A stretch of DNA of 63,235 nucleotides, counting the filler, from Reticulomyxa filosa (Eukaryota > Protista > Foraminifera): assembly GCA_000512085.1 (NCBI GenBank). It is 27 parts of 27 records of this genome, joined end to end, with 100 filler letters (N's around TTAATTAATTAA, not from the genome) between each part and the next. Parts side by side here need not be neighbours in the genome. Positions count along the whole stretch, not along the records: positions 11,326 to 13,608 come from ASPP01000418.1; positions 13,709 to 15,165 come from ASPP01010915.1; positions 15,266 to 17,799 come from ASPP01007804.1; positions 17,900 to 19,110 come from ASPP01024842.1; positions 19,211 to 21,262 come from ASPP01010099.1; positions 21,363 to 22,568 come from ASPP01046202.1; positions 22,669 to 25,257 come from ASPP01021451.1; positions 25,358 to 28,917 come from ASPP01011928.1; 19 more parts are not named here. One strand, 5' to 3'. This document shows positions 12,329 through 25,384 of the stretch, one piece after another. Positions within the stretch are counted from its first letter, which is position 1. Each line of letters starts with the position of its first letter. Under the pieces are notes generated by a model. The model searched no databases and was not told where the DNA came from. It worked only from the letters and a program-made list of their open reading frames with translations. A program made the translations under genes and the position numbers.

Positions 12329-13399
12329 TCACGTGGTTGTCATGTGGTGATCACAAAGCTGAAGATTCAGTTTGGAAAACAGGGTGCTTATATGTTGCTC
12401 CAATTCTGTTGCATTGATAGATTGGTAAAGAAAATCAGGAAGCGTTTCTTCTTCAACCAGTTTGAACTCACAGAAACCTTTTGATGGATGATTAGCAGCT
12501 CGAGGGCCTTCAATGAACAACACATAAACATTATCTTTTTCTGCAGAAACTTTAATCGAATGCAGTGCATGCCGATCAAATGTGTAAGCAAATCCTTGGG
12601 GAATTTCATCTTTTCTCTTCACTCCCAAGATACACCAATTCATTGGCTGATACGTCCTTTTTTTCCTATTATGAAACATTGGTCCGGCCATAGTGCCGTT
12701 ATTGATTTGAGCAATTGCCGATCCAAATGCATATTGCTGCGTTATAAAGTACTGGCCAGATTTGAGTTTCTCTTTCACCACGGAGTAGTTGAAATGGTTA
12801 ATAAATGTCTCAATCTCTTTTTTAGTTGTTGCACATTTAATTTCCTTGAACTCAATGTTGTGCATTTTTCCATATAAAGTCATTGACAAAAATGAAAATT
12901 GATGGTTATGCATAAGGATGCTCCCGATCACTTCCGTAACATTTTCGTGTGGATCCACAATCTGCATTGTACCATTATTCATGCTCATTACTCTTAATCT
13001 CGCCTTTTCCAATATTTCAGTCATGTTTTTTCTTTGGTTATTTCCAATCGAATTGTTCAAACTTCCTCTTTCGAAAATATAAAGTCTCACCACAAAATTG
13101 GCTGTTTTCTCTAGAATTATACTTGTGAATCCGTTTACATGAAAGTTTTTCCCAAAGATTGATTGTTGCAAAATTTTATTTCGATTTGTTTTGTTGCACC
13201 ACGTTTTTCGAATATATTGTATTGGTTGTTCGATTATTTCATTGGCCCCATTTTTATTTAAAAGTGTCAGTACCTGATATTTCATATCATTTTCTAACAC
13301 TGAGTCTACACCAAAGCGTTGTTCAGTCGTTGTGCAAATATGCTGAGTATTTGCCACAAATATTAAAATGCAAATAGTTAATGACAACAATTTCGCCAT
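12329..13399 (-). CDS. Intronless secreted protein with a probable cupin (cysteine-dioxygenase-like) domain
   Basis: 356-codon ORF from ATG 13399 with a signal-peptide-like MAKLLSLTICILIFVANTQ. Motifs VRLYIF...MHNHQFSFLSMTLYG...YTFDRHALHSI...VLFIEGP (HxH...H) fit a cupin fold. Confidence 0.65.
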   Translation of the reverse strand: MAKLLSLTICILIFVANTQHICTTTEQRFGVDSVLENDMKYQVLTLLNKNGANEIIEQPIQYIRKTWCNKTNRNKILQQSIFGKNFHVNGFTSIILEKTANFVVRLYIFERGSLNNSIGNNQRKNMTEILEKARLRVMSMNNGTMQIVDPHENVTEVIGSILMHNHQFSFLSMTLYGKMHNIEFKEIKCATTKKEIETFINHFNYSVVKEKLKSGQYFITQQYAFGSAIAQINNGTMAGPMFHNRKKRTYQPMNWCILGVKRKDEIPQGFAYTFDRHALHSIKVSAEKDNVYVLFIEGPRAANHPSKGFCEFKLVEEETLPDFLYQSINATELEQHISTLFSKLNLQLCDHHMTTT

Positions 13400-13708
13400 C
13401 TTAGTCACCAATAAACGGATAAAAATGTGAGCAAATATTCTTTAACTACAAAAAAATTCAAAAAGATTCCCCTTTTTATCTTTTCAAAAAAGAAAAAAAG
13501 AGTGACAATAACGTTCTAGATCGATATATTTCATTAAAAGAAAGTCCAATATTAGAGCAAAAACAATATTGATATTGTTTTATGACAGTAACAATACAAC
13601 ACTGGGGGNNNNNNNNNNNNNNNNNNNNNNNNNNNNNNNNNNNNNNNNNNNNTTAATTAATTAANNNNNNNNNNNNNNNNNNNNNNNNNNNNNNNNNNNN
13701 NNNNNNNN

Positions 13709-15165
13709 GGCGCTCTTGGTGGCGGCGGCAGCCTCGGCGGCCAACTTGGCGGCCTCCATCTGCTGCGCCAGGGCTTTCTGTTCGCTGATGTCTTCCTGCA
13801 CGCTGCAAAGTGGGTCAGCCGGCCGGCGCTGTCGCGCATCGGCGAGATCATCTGCATCACCCATAGCGGGGAGCCGTCCTTGCGCCGGTTCAGCATCTCG
13901 CCGTGCCAGCTGATACCGTTGCGCAACGAGTGCCACAGGCTTTGATAGGTGTCGCGGTCGGTTTCCCCCGACCTAAACAGCTGCGGTGTCTGGCCCAGGA
14001 TCTCGGCCTCGCTGTAGCCGGTCATGGCCAGCAAGCGCGGGTTGACGTACTCGATGACGCCGTTGATGTCGGTAATCAGCACCCCGGCCGGGCTTTGCGT
14101 CACCGCACGCGACATCTGCTCCAGCCGCGCCTCGCTGGCGCGCTGGGCGCTGATATCGCGGAAGTACAGCACTGCGGCCAGGTCGCCGTGCCCTTCCGGC
14201 AGCAGGTTCAGCTGATATACCACCGGGAAACTGGCACGCTGCCGACTACCGAACAGCTCCCACTGGCTGGCGCAAGACTGCCGCAACAGCAGCGCCTGCA
14301 ACAAGGGGCCGGCTCGTGATAGACACGCCCGTCCGGGCCGCTGTGTTGCAGCACTTGCTCCAGGAACTGGCCCTCCAGCTCGCCGGCGGCCAAGCCCAGC
14401 AGGCTACCAGCGGCGCGGTTGCAAAACCGATATGGCCGCCAGCGCTCAGCCCGATAATGCCGTCCTCGATCGCCCCCAGAATGGCCTGCGCCTTGGCTTC
14501 GGCATGGCTGGCGGCCAACTCGGCGCGCGCCAGACGCTCCTGTTCCAGCGCCTGCAGGGTGGCGGTTTTTTCTTCCAGGATGGACACGTAGTGCGAGATG
14601 TCCTGGATCACCGCCATCCGTTGCGACGGCGTGCCGTCGGTGTGCCAGTCGTGGCGCCCCATTTCCGTACGTGCTTGATGCGGTCGCCAAACTGCAAGCG
14701 GTAGTTCACCCGGTACTGGCCGGCGCGGTCGTCGGCGTACACCGCCAGCACGCGCGGCAGATCGTCGGGGTGCACGCGGGCGCGGAACAGGCTTTCACTG
14801 GCATTGAACGCCTCGGGGTACTCCATCAGCACCGATAGCTGGCGCGACCACGACACCTCACCACTACGCAGATCCACCATGTAATAGCCCCAGCCGCGCC
14901 ATCTGCTCGGCAGTCTTCCAGCTGCTGCTGGCGTTGCAGCAGTTTGCCGGATGCTCGAACCTTGGCCTCCAGCTCGTAGGCGTAGCTCCAAAGGCGCTTT
15001 TGCGGGCCCCGATCTGCTCTGCCATCAGGTTGAAGCTGTGCGCCAGGCGGCCGATTTCGTCGTCTTCGTTTTCCGCCACCCGCACGTGAATCTCGCCATT
15101 CCCCAGCCGGGTACTGGCATCCACCAGCGCTTGCAGCGGTTGCAGCAGCCGCTTGGCCAGCCAGA
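13709..15165 (-). CDS. Bacterial multi-sensor histidine kinase fragment (HAMP-PAS-PAS-PAS/PAC to HisKA start), several frameshifts; foreign contig
   Basis: GC-rich, no introns. HAMP (DEIGRLAHSFNLMAEQI), PAS3 (RVHPDDL), PAS (ITDINGVIEYVNP...GYSEAEILGQTP...WHGEMLNRRKDGS), then AKLAAEAAAATKSA just before the expected H-box. Confidence 0.93.
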
Positions 15166-17899
15166 NNNNNNNNNNNNNNNNNNNNNNNNNNNNNNNNNNN
15201 NNNNNNNNNTTAATTAATTAANNNNNNNNNNNNNNNNNNNNNNNNNNNNNNNNNNNNNNNNNNNNGAAGTAGCTATGAACAACAATCGTATTGTACAAAA
15301 AATCATATCAAATTCTAAGTTCTTCTAATTTCAATACTATCTATGTGTGTTTCCCCAATTTCTTTTTTGCTACAATAAAATAAGCATTTTTTTTACAAAT
15401 AGGCACAAACGAAAAAAGTATACGTGTGAAACCTTATCGTGATGCAGTAAAGTGATTGGCTATCATCAAATTGGTATATGTGGATGCGCTGTATGGACAT
15501 TTGGAATATCCATGAACTTCAGTATTACCGCAAATTCGTTTTGTAGTTATTGTAATTCAAAACAATTTTAAAAAACAAAATAGAAAGTTGTCATTGATAT
15601 ACGTTGTTTTGTGATATACAGGCTTGTCGAACTAAGTCGAAACAGTTGGCGTTTTTTGGATAGTTGCGTATTATCTAGTGGAATTATATCCAGAGAGAAA
15701 CCTTTACATTGTGCCAAAATCATTCCGCTGGGAGGAATGAGCGCGATGAATCGCCTTGTAATGCGGTGAGGCAAAGAAACATTTGTTGTGGTCTAGGTTT
15801 TGAGAACATATTCGTTGTATCTGGGCTAGTCGAGTTTCGCTTCAGCATGCAGCTCAGGTTGCCATCATATGCAACGACATACAGTATCTTTTCGCATGGA
15901 TCTACTCAACAATAAAATGTAATATTCGTACTACCCTCCAACATCGGCCCCAAATTTTTCTACACTTCTATTCTGTTGTGAGGCTGACTGTAGATTAAGT
16001 TATCAATCGCGCTCAAGTATATTCGACTATCAGTTTTTTTTCAATGTGTATGTAATGATCAAAAATATGGTGGAAAATAGTTATATATTATAACAATCGC
16101 TATTCGTTCGTTGCGCTTTATCGTGTCATCGTATCCAATAATGTCCATATATATACGGTCCAAGCGATGGGAGGCAGAAAAAATTTTTGATTATTGGTTT
16201 GTAGTTATTATTACTATTGCGCTAACAATGTACGAGCGTTAGTGCGACGTGGAATTATCGAAAGTTGTTCCTGGATCCGCAACGAGATTTTCTCATATGC
16301 TTGCACTCTTCGTATCCTCTCCAACAAGAGTCCCAGATTTGAGCCAGTGCAAGATCAAAGGTAACTCTATCGGTATTCTCAGCAATATATCATACAATGT
16401 CTTTCTACGTCTTTGTACTATAGTTGTAAACGCAGTGCGTGCTGCGAGCTGCCAATGTGCCGTTGCGATTTTGCTGTTGAAAAGTCGTGTTGGAGTGTGC
16501 CAGTTCGTCGTGTTTTTCTAATTACACAAATTAATCATATTGACAGTGAAGACAACAACAGGCCTGTCACACAAATGGCGTAAAATACTGCACACAATGG
16601 TACAGCGACAAAGACCACTGGTTGCAAGTCAAATGGAGAATAATCACTCGCACGAAAAGTGGCAAAGATAAACCCGTTGCGAATTGAAACGCATAATATC
16701 TAGACATAATCGCAAAATCAAGGTACGGAGTTTTACAACAGTAATTATAGTGCACATATCCATTAACAGTCGCAAGCGGCGCAAAATTATCGAAGATGAA
16801 TCACGACGATAGATGGCGACAAGTTCTCAAGCGTGAAGAAGGAAGAAGATATTTATTGTCAATGCATATGCATGCGAGTCTTTGTTGCAACAAGAATTGG
16901 TAGATTACGTTTTGCAGTGTTAATTTGCATCGAATGCAACAAAGGGAGTGAGTTCAACATGTGAATACAATACATGTTTGATATGTGGAAATATTATTAG
17001 ATGCGAGTATATTTAGCCATTTATTTGATTGCGAATACGGAGCAATGCAATGGTTGGATACAAACAGTTACGCGAATGTCGTGTAGCGAGTGGGCTTGAA
17101 TATTACCGTACAAAAAATTTTAGATTGTTGTCATTCTTTCGCGTGTTGGATCATATATCATCGAAGAATTTGATCGCGACAATATCTTATTTCAATTCGA
17201 GGTCATGTCATGGTCCACCTTCTTGTAAAACATTGTTATCGATTTGATTCGGGCGTATTAAAAATGTTTTAAATGGATTGCCGAAAAGAAGTGCGTAATG
17301 CAAGGGATTTATTGTTTGTAATACAGTCTACAATGCACCATTTTCGCCACATGTGTTTAATTCAACTGTTGCTTCGTTGCCGCCCCTACTTTTTTGTTGA
17401 TGCCAACGCTTGGGCAAATTATAGTTCTATTGTGTGCAAACATGTCGAATGTACATTGATATTGGTTGACCATACTCCTGGACTCACTCCCAATTTGATG
17501 AACAATCATACAACATCACGCAAAAACATTTTGGCTTTATCTATTCTCGATCAAGCAAGCAATATTAAAATTGACCAGCAGCTCAATCAAGAGAACACAC
17601 CCAATCGATATTTGCAATCCGGGGGTCTCAGTAGTCGCGTCTACTGAATATCTTTACACATTCAAACATCGCCTCCAAAACGTCATATCAAGATACGTGT
17701 GCACAATCGTTGCATATCTGGAAAGCAGTCAATTTCATTTCAAACAAATAACCCTCCAGACAACGACATAAATTCAAATTCCACATGGTCCAATATTGCN
17801 NNNNNNNNNNNNNNNNNNNNNNNNNNNNNNNNNNNNNNNNNNNTTAATTAATTAANNNNNNNNNNNNNNNNNNNNNNNNNNNNNNNNNNNNNNNNNNNN

Positions 17900-18189
17900 T
17901 TGTTAATGCTATCATTATGATGGATCATCTTTGTATCGGTATTCACGTTGATTGTATATGGGCTATACCCTCCCATTTGTTCGTTGTCTTTTTTCTCTTG
18001 TTCTGGTTGTTGCAGTGCGAGGGACTCTTTTTCCCTTGTCTTTGTGGACGTACTCAACGTTGCCATTACGCTTGTTATTGTTTTTTCAATTTCATTTCTT
18101 TTGTCTGTCACAATGCTTTCATCTTTGTTGTCCTCATTCTCATTTTCATTCTTTGGCTTGCTCCTTCGCTCAAATACTCTGGAAAACAA
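17900..18189 (-). CDS. Hypothetical low-complexity protein fragment
   Basis: Hydrophilic E/K/N/T-rich open frame running into the gap; no recognisable domain. Confidence 0.45.
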
Positions 18190-19245
18190 TGTCGCAATTT
18201 TCCTTTGTCCATTTTTTTTGTTTTTGGTTCATGTTTTTAGAGTTTTGTTTGTTTATTTGTTTATTTGTTTGTGCACATTTAGAAGGGGAGGGGGGGATCC
18301 CTTAACCTTTTTGATACTTGGTTTTTTTTGTTTTTTTTTACTTGAGGTGTGTGTCAACGCGCTCAGAATCCTCGTTATTATTCATTGATTCATACGCCAA
18401 CTGCAACTGGTCCTTTAGTCTTTTCAATGCATCTTCGCTATCAATGTTCGGCTCACTTGGGGTCATCTTTGCAATAGTGTGATGCAGTCATTTGTAATGT
18501 GATCCGCGTTACGCGGATACAAAAACAGAGGGGTGTGCAACAAGTTGCCAAGATGTAAAATTTTACCCCGTTGCCAAAAAAAAAGGACAAATTACCTTTG
18601 ACAATACCACTGCTGAACTGTTTCTTGTTGATTTCTTTTTGACAAAGCTTTTATTCTGCTCTCACTGAAGCAATGCACCAGAGTGCTAACAGAATTTTTC
18701 CTCTTTCTGGTACCTTTCCTGTTTTACAAGTCTCCCTTTACTTCGTTTTATTTCAACATGTCTTTTCTAAAAGTCTATTGAAACGCAAAAACATGACCAC
18801 CAATACTGCAATTTTCATGGAATGTATATATTTTTATTTTTCGGGCGTGTTTAAGTTTTCGAATGGAAAAAATTTACTGTCTTCAAATCTCACGATTAAA
18901 GCTGTCTCAGCTCTGAGCCCATCAATGAAAAGAAGAAGAGAACAAACATGAGTTTGTTCAAAATGAAAAAATGTCAAAAGTGAAATATGAGCCTTTCAAG
19001 GATATGATACTTGTTAGTTATTGTGATGAAAACGTGACAAAAAGTTTGTGATTAAGCAATAATTCCTTGAACAACAAGCTTCACCATCCCGTTTTTGCAA
19101 AAAAAAAAAANNNNNNNNNNNNNNNNNNNNNNNNNNNNNNNNNNNNNNNNNNNNTTAATTAATTAANNNNNNNNNNNNNNNNNNNNNNNNNNNNNNNNNN
19201 NNNNNNNNNNATACATACATACATATACACACGCATACAAATGTA

Positions 19246-21119
19246 TTATACATACTGTTGTGAGGACTTGGCATTGTCGATAGGCTTGTAATACTTTTGC
19301 GAAGTGAGCAGAGAATCGGAAGATACAATGTTTTGAGAGGTGGTCTTACTTTTGGGTGAAGTGTCTTTTTCCCAGAATGGCAACGGATAGTGGTTTTTGC
19401 CGATTTCTCGTGGTCCCAATTTCTTGGTAACCAATGGACCGTCATGGCCGTGGAGGGCTCCATTAACAATACTGCGATAGTACTGGTTTTTTTTGGTCAT
19501 TTCGTCCCTCTTTTCCTCCAAGAAATCTTTGCCGGCGTTGGAGTTGAGTCCAGGCCAGCGATACAGCCACCAATTGTGACCATCGTTATCGCTATTGTTT
19601 TCGGCCTCATTGCTTTTGATCGTCTTGAGTCTACGCCTTTCCGTCTGTTGTCGTTCATTCACAGCAAACGACGCCAGCGAGAATGAGGATAGCGAGGCCG
19701 AGGGATTGGCGTGATGAATCTCTCCAAATTGCGGTGGATTGGTAGTCCTTTTTTTTTTTTTTTACGACTTCGAATTTTCTTCTTCAAGGTTATCTTTCTT
19801 TTTTTTTTTTTTTTTTCTTTGCTGAGGGATGCAATGGACAATTGATGATCCTTCGTCTTGATGGACAGAGGGGAGAGACAAAGGGGTGAGGCCGAACAAG
19901 ATAGAGAAGGGGAATTGGATATCACTTGCGCCGATGCTGGAGTGATTCGATGATCATTGCCATTCATTTTTTCTTTTTCTTTTTCTTTTTCCTTTTTCTT
20001 TTCCCCAGCGCGTTGCAAACATTCGACCGAACTTGTTTTAGTGATGGTCGTCGTGGTCATTACTGTAATGATTTCATTCGATTTGTCATTGCTATCTTCA
20101 ATCATGGCTTTCATTGAAGTAACGGCCTTGTCCAAGTGCAAGAGATCTGCCTCGTAATCGAATAGCTTTTCTTCGTTTTCGCTGTCTCGCTTTTCCCTCA
20201 CTGTCAATGTCATCTCTGTGTCCTCTTCGTCCTTATCTCTCGCTTTTTTACTTTCGCCTTCATCATCCTCAGTCCTCATTCCCAATACCAACTGCTCGTC
20301 ATCTTCTGTCTCACTTGCTCTCCGTCCAGTTCCCATCTCCATTCCCACTGGTATTTGCACTTGTGCTGTCTTCTCTTCGTTTCCTTTGTCTTTCGTCATT
20401 GTATTTGAAGTTGCGTTTTCCATTGCTTTTTTTTCATTGTCCCCTTTGCGGGCATGTCGATCATTTCTTTCCCTTTCTTTTTCTTTTTCTTTTTCTTTTT
20501 CTTCTTCTTCTTCTTCTTCTTCTTCTTCGTTATCGTCTCTATCTTCATCTTCCTCATTATCACCTTCTTCTGCATTTCCTTGTTCCTCCTCTTGCTCTTC
20601 TTCTTCTTCTTCGTCGGGGTTGGTTTCAACAACCGCGTTCAAACGCAAGGACATGGAACTTTCTTTCGTCGAATTGTACTGATGGATGGAAGCATTGTTT
20701 TGCTCATCCACACCTTCGAGAAAGTAGTTGAGCTCGGTCACATCAATGTCGCCGAGCACAGACAGGTCACTGGAGAAGATGGATCTTTGCTCACCCTTTT
20801 GACCATTGTATGTGCTCATATATCTCCTCTTAGGGGGAGGGGGGGGGAAGAGGATGAAGACACAAGACAAACAAACGAAACACAATAAATAAACTTGTTT
20901 ATATTTGTAAGTGTAAAATCTTCGTCCAAAGCGATCGATATGAACGTGTGTGAGATCGGAATAAACCCCGAAGCGCAACTCGCAAATAATTTCCCGAGCT
21001 TTGCGGCCGTCCCAAATGGACAGCAGTTCGTGTTCTTTGATGCCATTACTGGAAGTTTTGAAAAGCCGTTCCAGCAGACTGCGAAAGCGTTGGATTTTCT
21101 TCGAATCGAACCAATCCAT
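19246..21119 (-). CDS. Hypothetical protein with a long acidic/low-complexity region; probable intron near 20830-20895 and homopolymer frameshift near 19750-19820
   Basis: The 486-aa and 138-aa ORFs connect via an alternative frame (IHHANPSASLSSFSLASFAVNERQQTERR) just after long poly-A runs. Confidence 0.7.
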
Positions 21120-21220
21120 CGGTCTTTTTTGTGAAAATGTTATAAACGCTTATGTTGGATTGACTTTTTATGTTTATATAGGTGCAAATTTTTTTTTTTT
21201 TTTTTTTTTTAAATTTACCA

Positions 21221-21252
<32 letters not shown>

Positions 21253-24200
21253 GGGGGGGGGGNNNNNNNNNNNNNNNNNNNNNNNNNNNNNNNNNNNNNN
21301 NNNNNNTTAATTAATTAANNNNNNNNNNNNNNNNNNNNNNNNNNNNNNNNNNNNNNNNNNNNTAAAATTTTTCTTGCTTGAATTGTTTTATTCTGATCGT
21401 TTTTTTTGATTTTTAATTATTTCAAATAAAAACATCATGCAAAATATTGGATCATATTTTATCCAATGATAAATTTATGATATATTATTTTCAAGAAGCA
21501 ATGTAAAAACGTTTTCTTTCAAAATAAACCACTTTTTATTGAAATAAATATTAAATTATTATCAACAAAACTAGTTGTTGCATTCAAGTATAAATGGGGT
21601 ATGTAGTGTTTTGTCTATTCTTTATTCTTTATCTGGAACGAATTTTACCCAAATCACCACCTACAGCTAAACTTTATACATTTGTTTAGTTTTTTATTCA
21701 ATAAATAGTCTGATCAATATTATATACTATTGATAATTGTTCATTTTTCTTTTATTAGATTAAAATGAAATGAAAGACAACACAAATTGCAAATATTGAA
21801 TAAATCATTTGTTAAAATGACAGTTCACACGATGATAATGTCGTTATTTATATTGCAAAATATCATTACATTAACAAAAATGAAATAAATATGAAACTAA
21901 CGACAATATATAATAATTACAATGATAACGTTGCAGTGAAATGTCAAATGAAACTTTGTCCTTCTTTTTTTTTTATAATTACAGTTGCGACAAAAAAAAA
22001 TTAGCTTCCGAAACGATTTATTTTCGTTTCATTGGAAAAAATCATTTTTATACAATCACTTTTGGTCAATGATTTGTGTTTTTTGGTGAACTCTAAACTT
22101 AACAGATGCTTTTTGATACTTATTAGACCATTTAAACACTGGAATTTTAAAATATTCTTCACAGTGCTCACGGAGAACGCTCTTTTGTATTTCTGTGTGA
22201 GTAGTCACTGCAAATCTACTGCTGTTTGTGCCTCTCCAGATTAAATTAAGAGTATCTATATCAGTCTACGTTTTGGGACATCAATAGCATCTTTTGTGTG
22301 TAATCGTTCCACTGTTGATGATACTGAGGTAAAATTTTTTACTGTGGCCGTCATTATGATACGACATTATAATAAGTATTCTTTCAAATAAAATTCATTG
22401 TTGTATTCCAGACATGTTGTGAGTCATGAATAGAAGACAAAGAATAATAATAAAAACAAAAAACTTGTTTGAATGTTGAAAAAGAAAAGTTTATATTGAA
22501 AATTGTGACCTCAACTAAAGCAAATCCAACAGTAAAACTACACCACTTCCAATCATTTTTGAAAATTTNNNNNNNNNNNNNNNNNNNNNNNNNNNNNNNN
22601 NNNNNNNNNNNNTTAATTAATTAANNNNNNNNNNNNNNNNNNNNNNNNNNNNNNNNNNNNNNNNNNNNAAGGTACCGTTTTAGGTGTCAACTTTACTTTG
22701 CATTCTACTGTACATTTTTTATAATATAATATGAACTTTTAAATCATAATAAATCATTTTTATTATAATTATAATACTGTTAATATAAAAAATTATTACA
22801 TTGTAAAATTTTTTTTTTTTTAGCTTAACATAGTTGTTAAAAAAAATTTCATTTTCAATAAAAACTAATCAATATTGCTACTTGTTAGAATTTAATTTTA
22901 AAACAAAAAATAACAAATATTACCCAATATGACGATATATGACTATCAAAGAATATGGAAGCTTGCTAGTCAATAGTATCAAGGCAATATATATTTGAAT
23001 ATTCTTTGCTAGACTTACAAAATAATCAACTTAACAAAAAACCACATTGCAACAAAAAAATAAAAGCTTTTGTTTTTGATACAAGCCCACCAAACAAAGA
23101 TGAAAAGTTTACAAAAGTTTTTGAACAAAACTACTGGCCAGCTAGTAGTTCCATCACAACAATTGGCGCTGATATATAACGTGTGAATGTACCGTATCTC
23201 TTACAAAAACTAGCGCAATTGAAGACATCATTTATTGGGGTAATGTGGGCACAATGAAAGCTTTGACAAGTTAAACTTTGTCCCTTCTTTTTTTTTTAGT
23301 ACGTGTACATGTCCCCCCGCCTTTGTTGGCTGTCTCAGTACCACGCTTTGCAATTTGCAAATCCTTGATATCTCCATCAAAAGCCAAGAAGAAGACTTCC
23401 ACTGCTTTTCGCGAGTCACTACATAATTTTTATATTCAAATATTTTACACTTAAATGATATCATTTTGATGAAATCATTCAAGTTTTGTAAATATCATTA
23501 TACATTTGTACTTTCAATTAGAAATACGTTGTAAATTCCGAAAGAGATTTTTTATTTTTAATATAAAAAAGAATTAAAATAAACCTTGCAAACACTACAA
23601 AGAATAGTAAAGCAGCACCACGTTATGGATGATACCAACGGAGATCATAATAACGCGTCAATAGTTTAATTGTCGTTTATAGTTTTCTCAGCAAAATTAT
23701 GTTTTTTCCTCTTACCCTTTCCAATCGATGAAGGTGTGGAAGTATGCTGCCGATGAAATATTACACTAAATGTAATACGAAAGGTTAATTAGCTCTTTTG
23801 AGCAAGTATCAACGAAAAAGATTGAATAAAGAAAAGGAAAACAAACTTGTGGAAATTAGTACACCGAGACACCAGATTAAAACGAGAAAAGAAAACACTA
23901 GTGAGTGAATAGTGTTAGGAAAAGTTTAACCCACCGGGAGCTCATCAGCCCCTTTAACGATTCTATCTATATAGTAGGAGCTTCTCCTCAAAGGAAAGGG
24001 TTAATATTTCGTATACGTTGAAAATTTTTTTAAAAAATAGTCTATTTTTTTTTATCGCAAAAATTGGAAAGGCGAATACAGAAACGAATAAGAACATCTC
24101 AACAGAATTGTCAAACTCAATGAATGAGACAGAAGAGAAGAAGTAATCTGTAGACAACACAGTTGTCAGTAATCCCGACGTTATGAAGAGTGAATAGCCA

Positions 24201-24652
24201 AATGCACGCGAGTTGTGTTAAAACAATGATTGACATCAAAACAATACATTGAGTCATTGGAAAAGGAAAGCATTTATAAAACGACCAAATCAAAGACGCT
24301 CGTTCCTACAAATTTATTTTTTTTTACCTTTAAATTTTTCAAACGGACGTGGCAGGGGAACTAAGGTTTTTTTTTAAAAAAAGAAAATGGAAAGACTATT
24401 ACAACTTGAAATATGAAATAGAATACTGACCTGACGCCAATAGCATTGCGAAGCATGCTTGTTACTTTTTTTAAAAAAGAGTTATCCAACAAGACGAGAA
24501 AGAGAAAAAAGGAATAATGTGAAGAGTTTTGGGATAAAAGGAACTTCGCAGTCGTTACGAGCCAAAAAACATGTTTGGAAAAGGCAGTCAATAAACATAT
24601 TTAGTCTCTGACAAAAAGTGATTGAATTTTTAAAAAACAAATAAAAAATAAA

Positions 24653-25033
24653 GGCTATGGAACAGTATACAACGGACTATCATTTCACGAAAACAAATTT
24701 GGGTGTACGAAAGGATACAAAGTGGCAATAAAACAGATCCGACAGACTTTCAAAACATAGACCGACACAAAGAGACTGCTGCGCAAGCTTCGCATCCTGC
24801 GTGCTTTGAATGGACACAATTACATCGTCAAGCTCTACGACATTCTTCTGTCATTGAGCCCCGCCAACTTTGCGACTTTATTTATTATTATTATTATTAT
24901 TATTTTGTTTTAACGGATTTTATTAACATGTCCAAACTCAAACAAATAAACAAACAACATTTGAAAGACTGTCGTGTTAGAATTCGCCGATGCTGATTTG
25001 GCCCAAATTTTCCGAACGAGACAATATTTCACG
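24653..25033 (+). pseudogene. MAP kinase (CMGC) N-lobe pseudogene fragment
   Basis: Frame absent from the ORF track: GYGTVY...KVAIKQIRQTFKT*TDTKRLLRKLRILRALNGHNYIVKLYDIL, then after an intron-like gap VVLEFADADLAQIFRTRQYF. In-frame TAG at 24758; the alpha-C Glu of LRE is replaced by Lys. Confidence 0.85.
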
Positions 25034-25384
25034 TTACATAAATTATACATATACCTATATATATGTATGTATGTGCTTATTGATTTGTATTGTAATAATT
25101 GCATTTGTTTGTGTGTATGAGAATAACAGTTTTTAGTACACGTAGCTGGTTTTGCAACTGTGTGACTTGCAACGAAGGTGATTTTTTCAACTTTTGTAAT
25201 ATTATTTATTTTCCAAATTAAAATGAAATACGAATGCGGGGGGTGGGGGAAATATATNNNNNNNNNNNNNNNNNNNNNNNNNNNNNNNNNNNNNNNNNNN
25301 NTTAATTAATTAANNNNNNNNNNNNNNNNNNNNNNNNNNNNNNNNNNNNNNNNNNNNTTGATCACTCCTCCCTTTAAAAAAAAG

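Noticed and set aside
13716-15217. Multiple + strand ORFs in the GC-rich contig
   Set aside because: Shadow ORFs antisense to the histidine kinase, expected at high GC.
15640-16755. FLDS-like and LDFA-like words as family B DNA polymerase motifs
   Set aside because: Isolated 4-mers on opposite strands without surrounding polymerase motifs.
19659-19662. Overlapping stop/start ORF pairs (also 30203-30206) as translational coupling or programmed frameshifting
   Set aside because: Better explained by homopolymer length errors just upstream; a single indel restores one frame.
20207-20888. Poly-Phe/Ser/Leu ORFs on the + strand (similar cases at 30267-30935 and 42045-42444)
   Set aside because: Antisense readings of E/K/D-rich low-complexity coding sequence.
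24758-24760. In-frame TAG as evidence of stop-codon reassignment
   Set aside because: Long intact ORFs elsewhere contain no internal stops, and this copy has another inactivating change, so it is a pseudogene.
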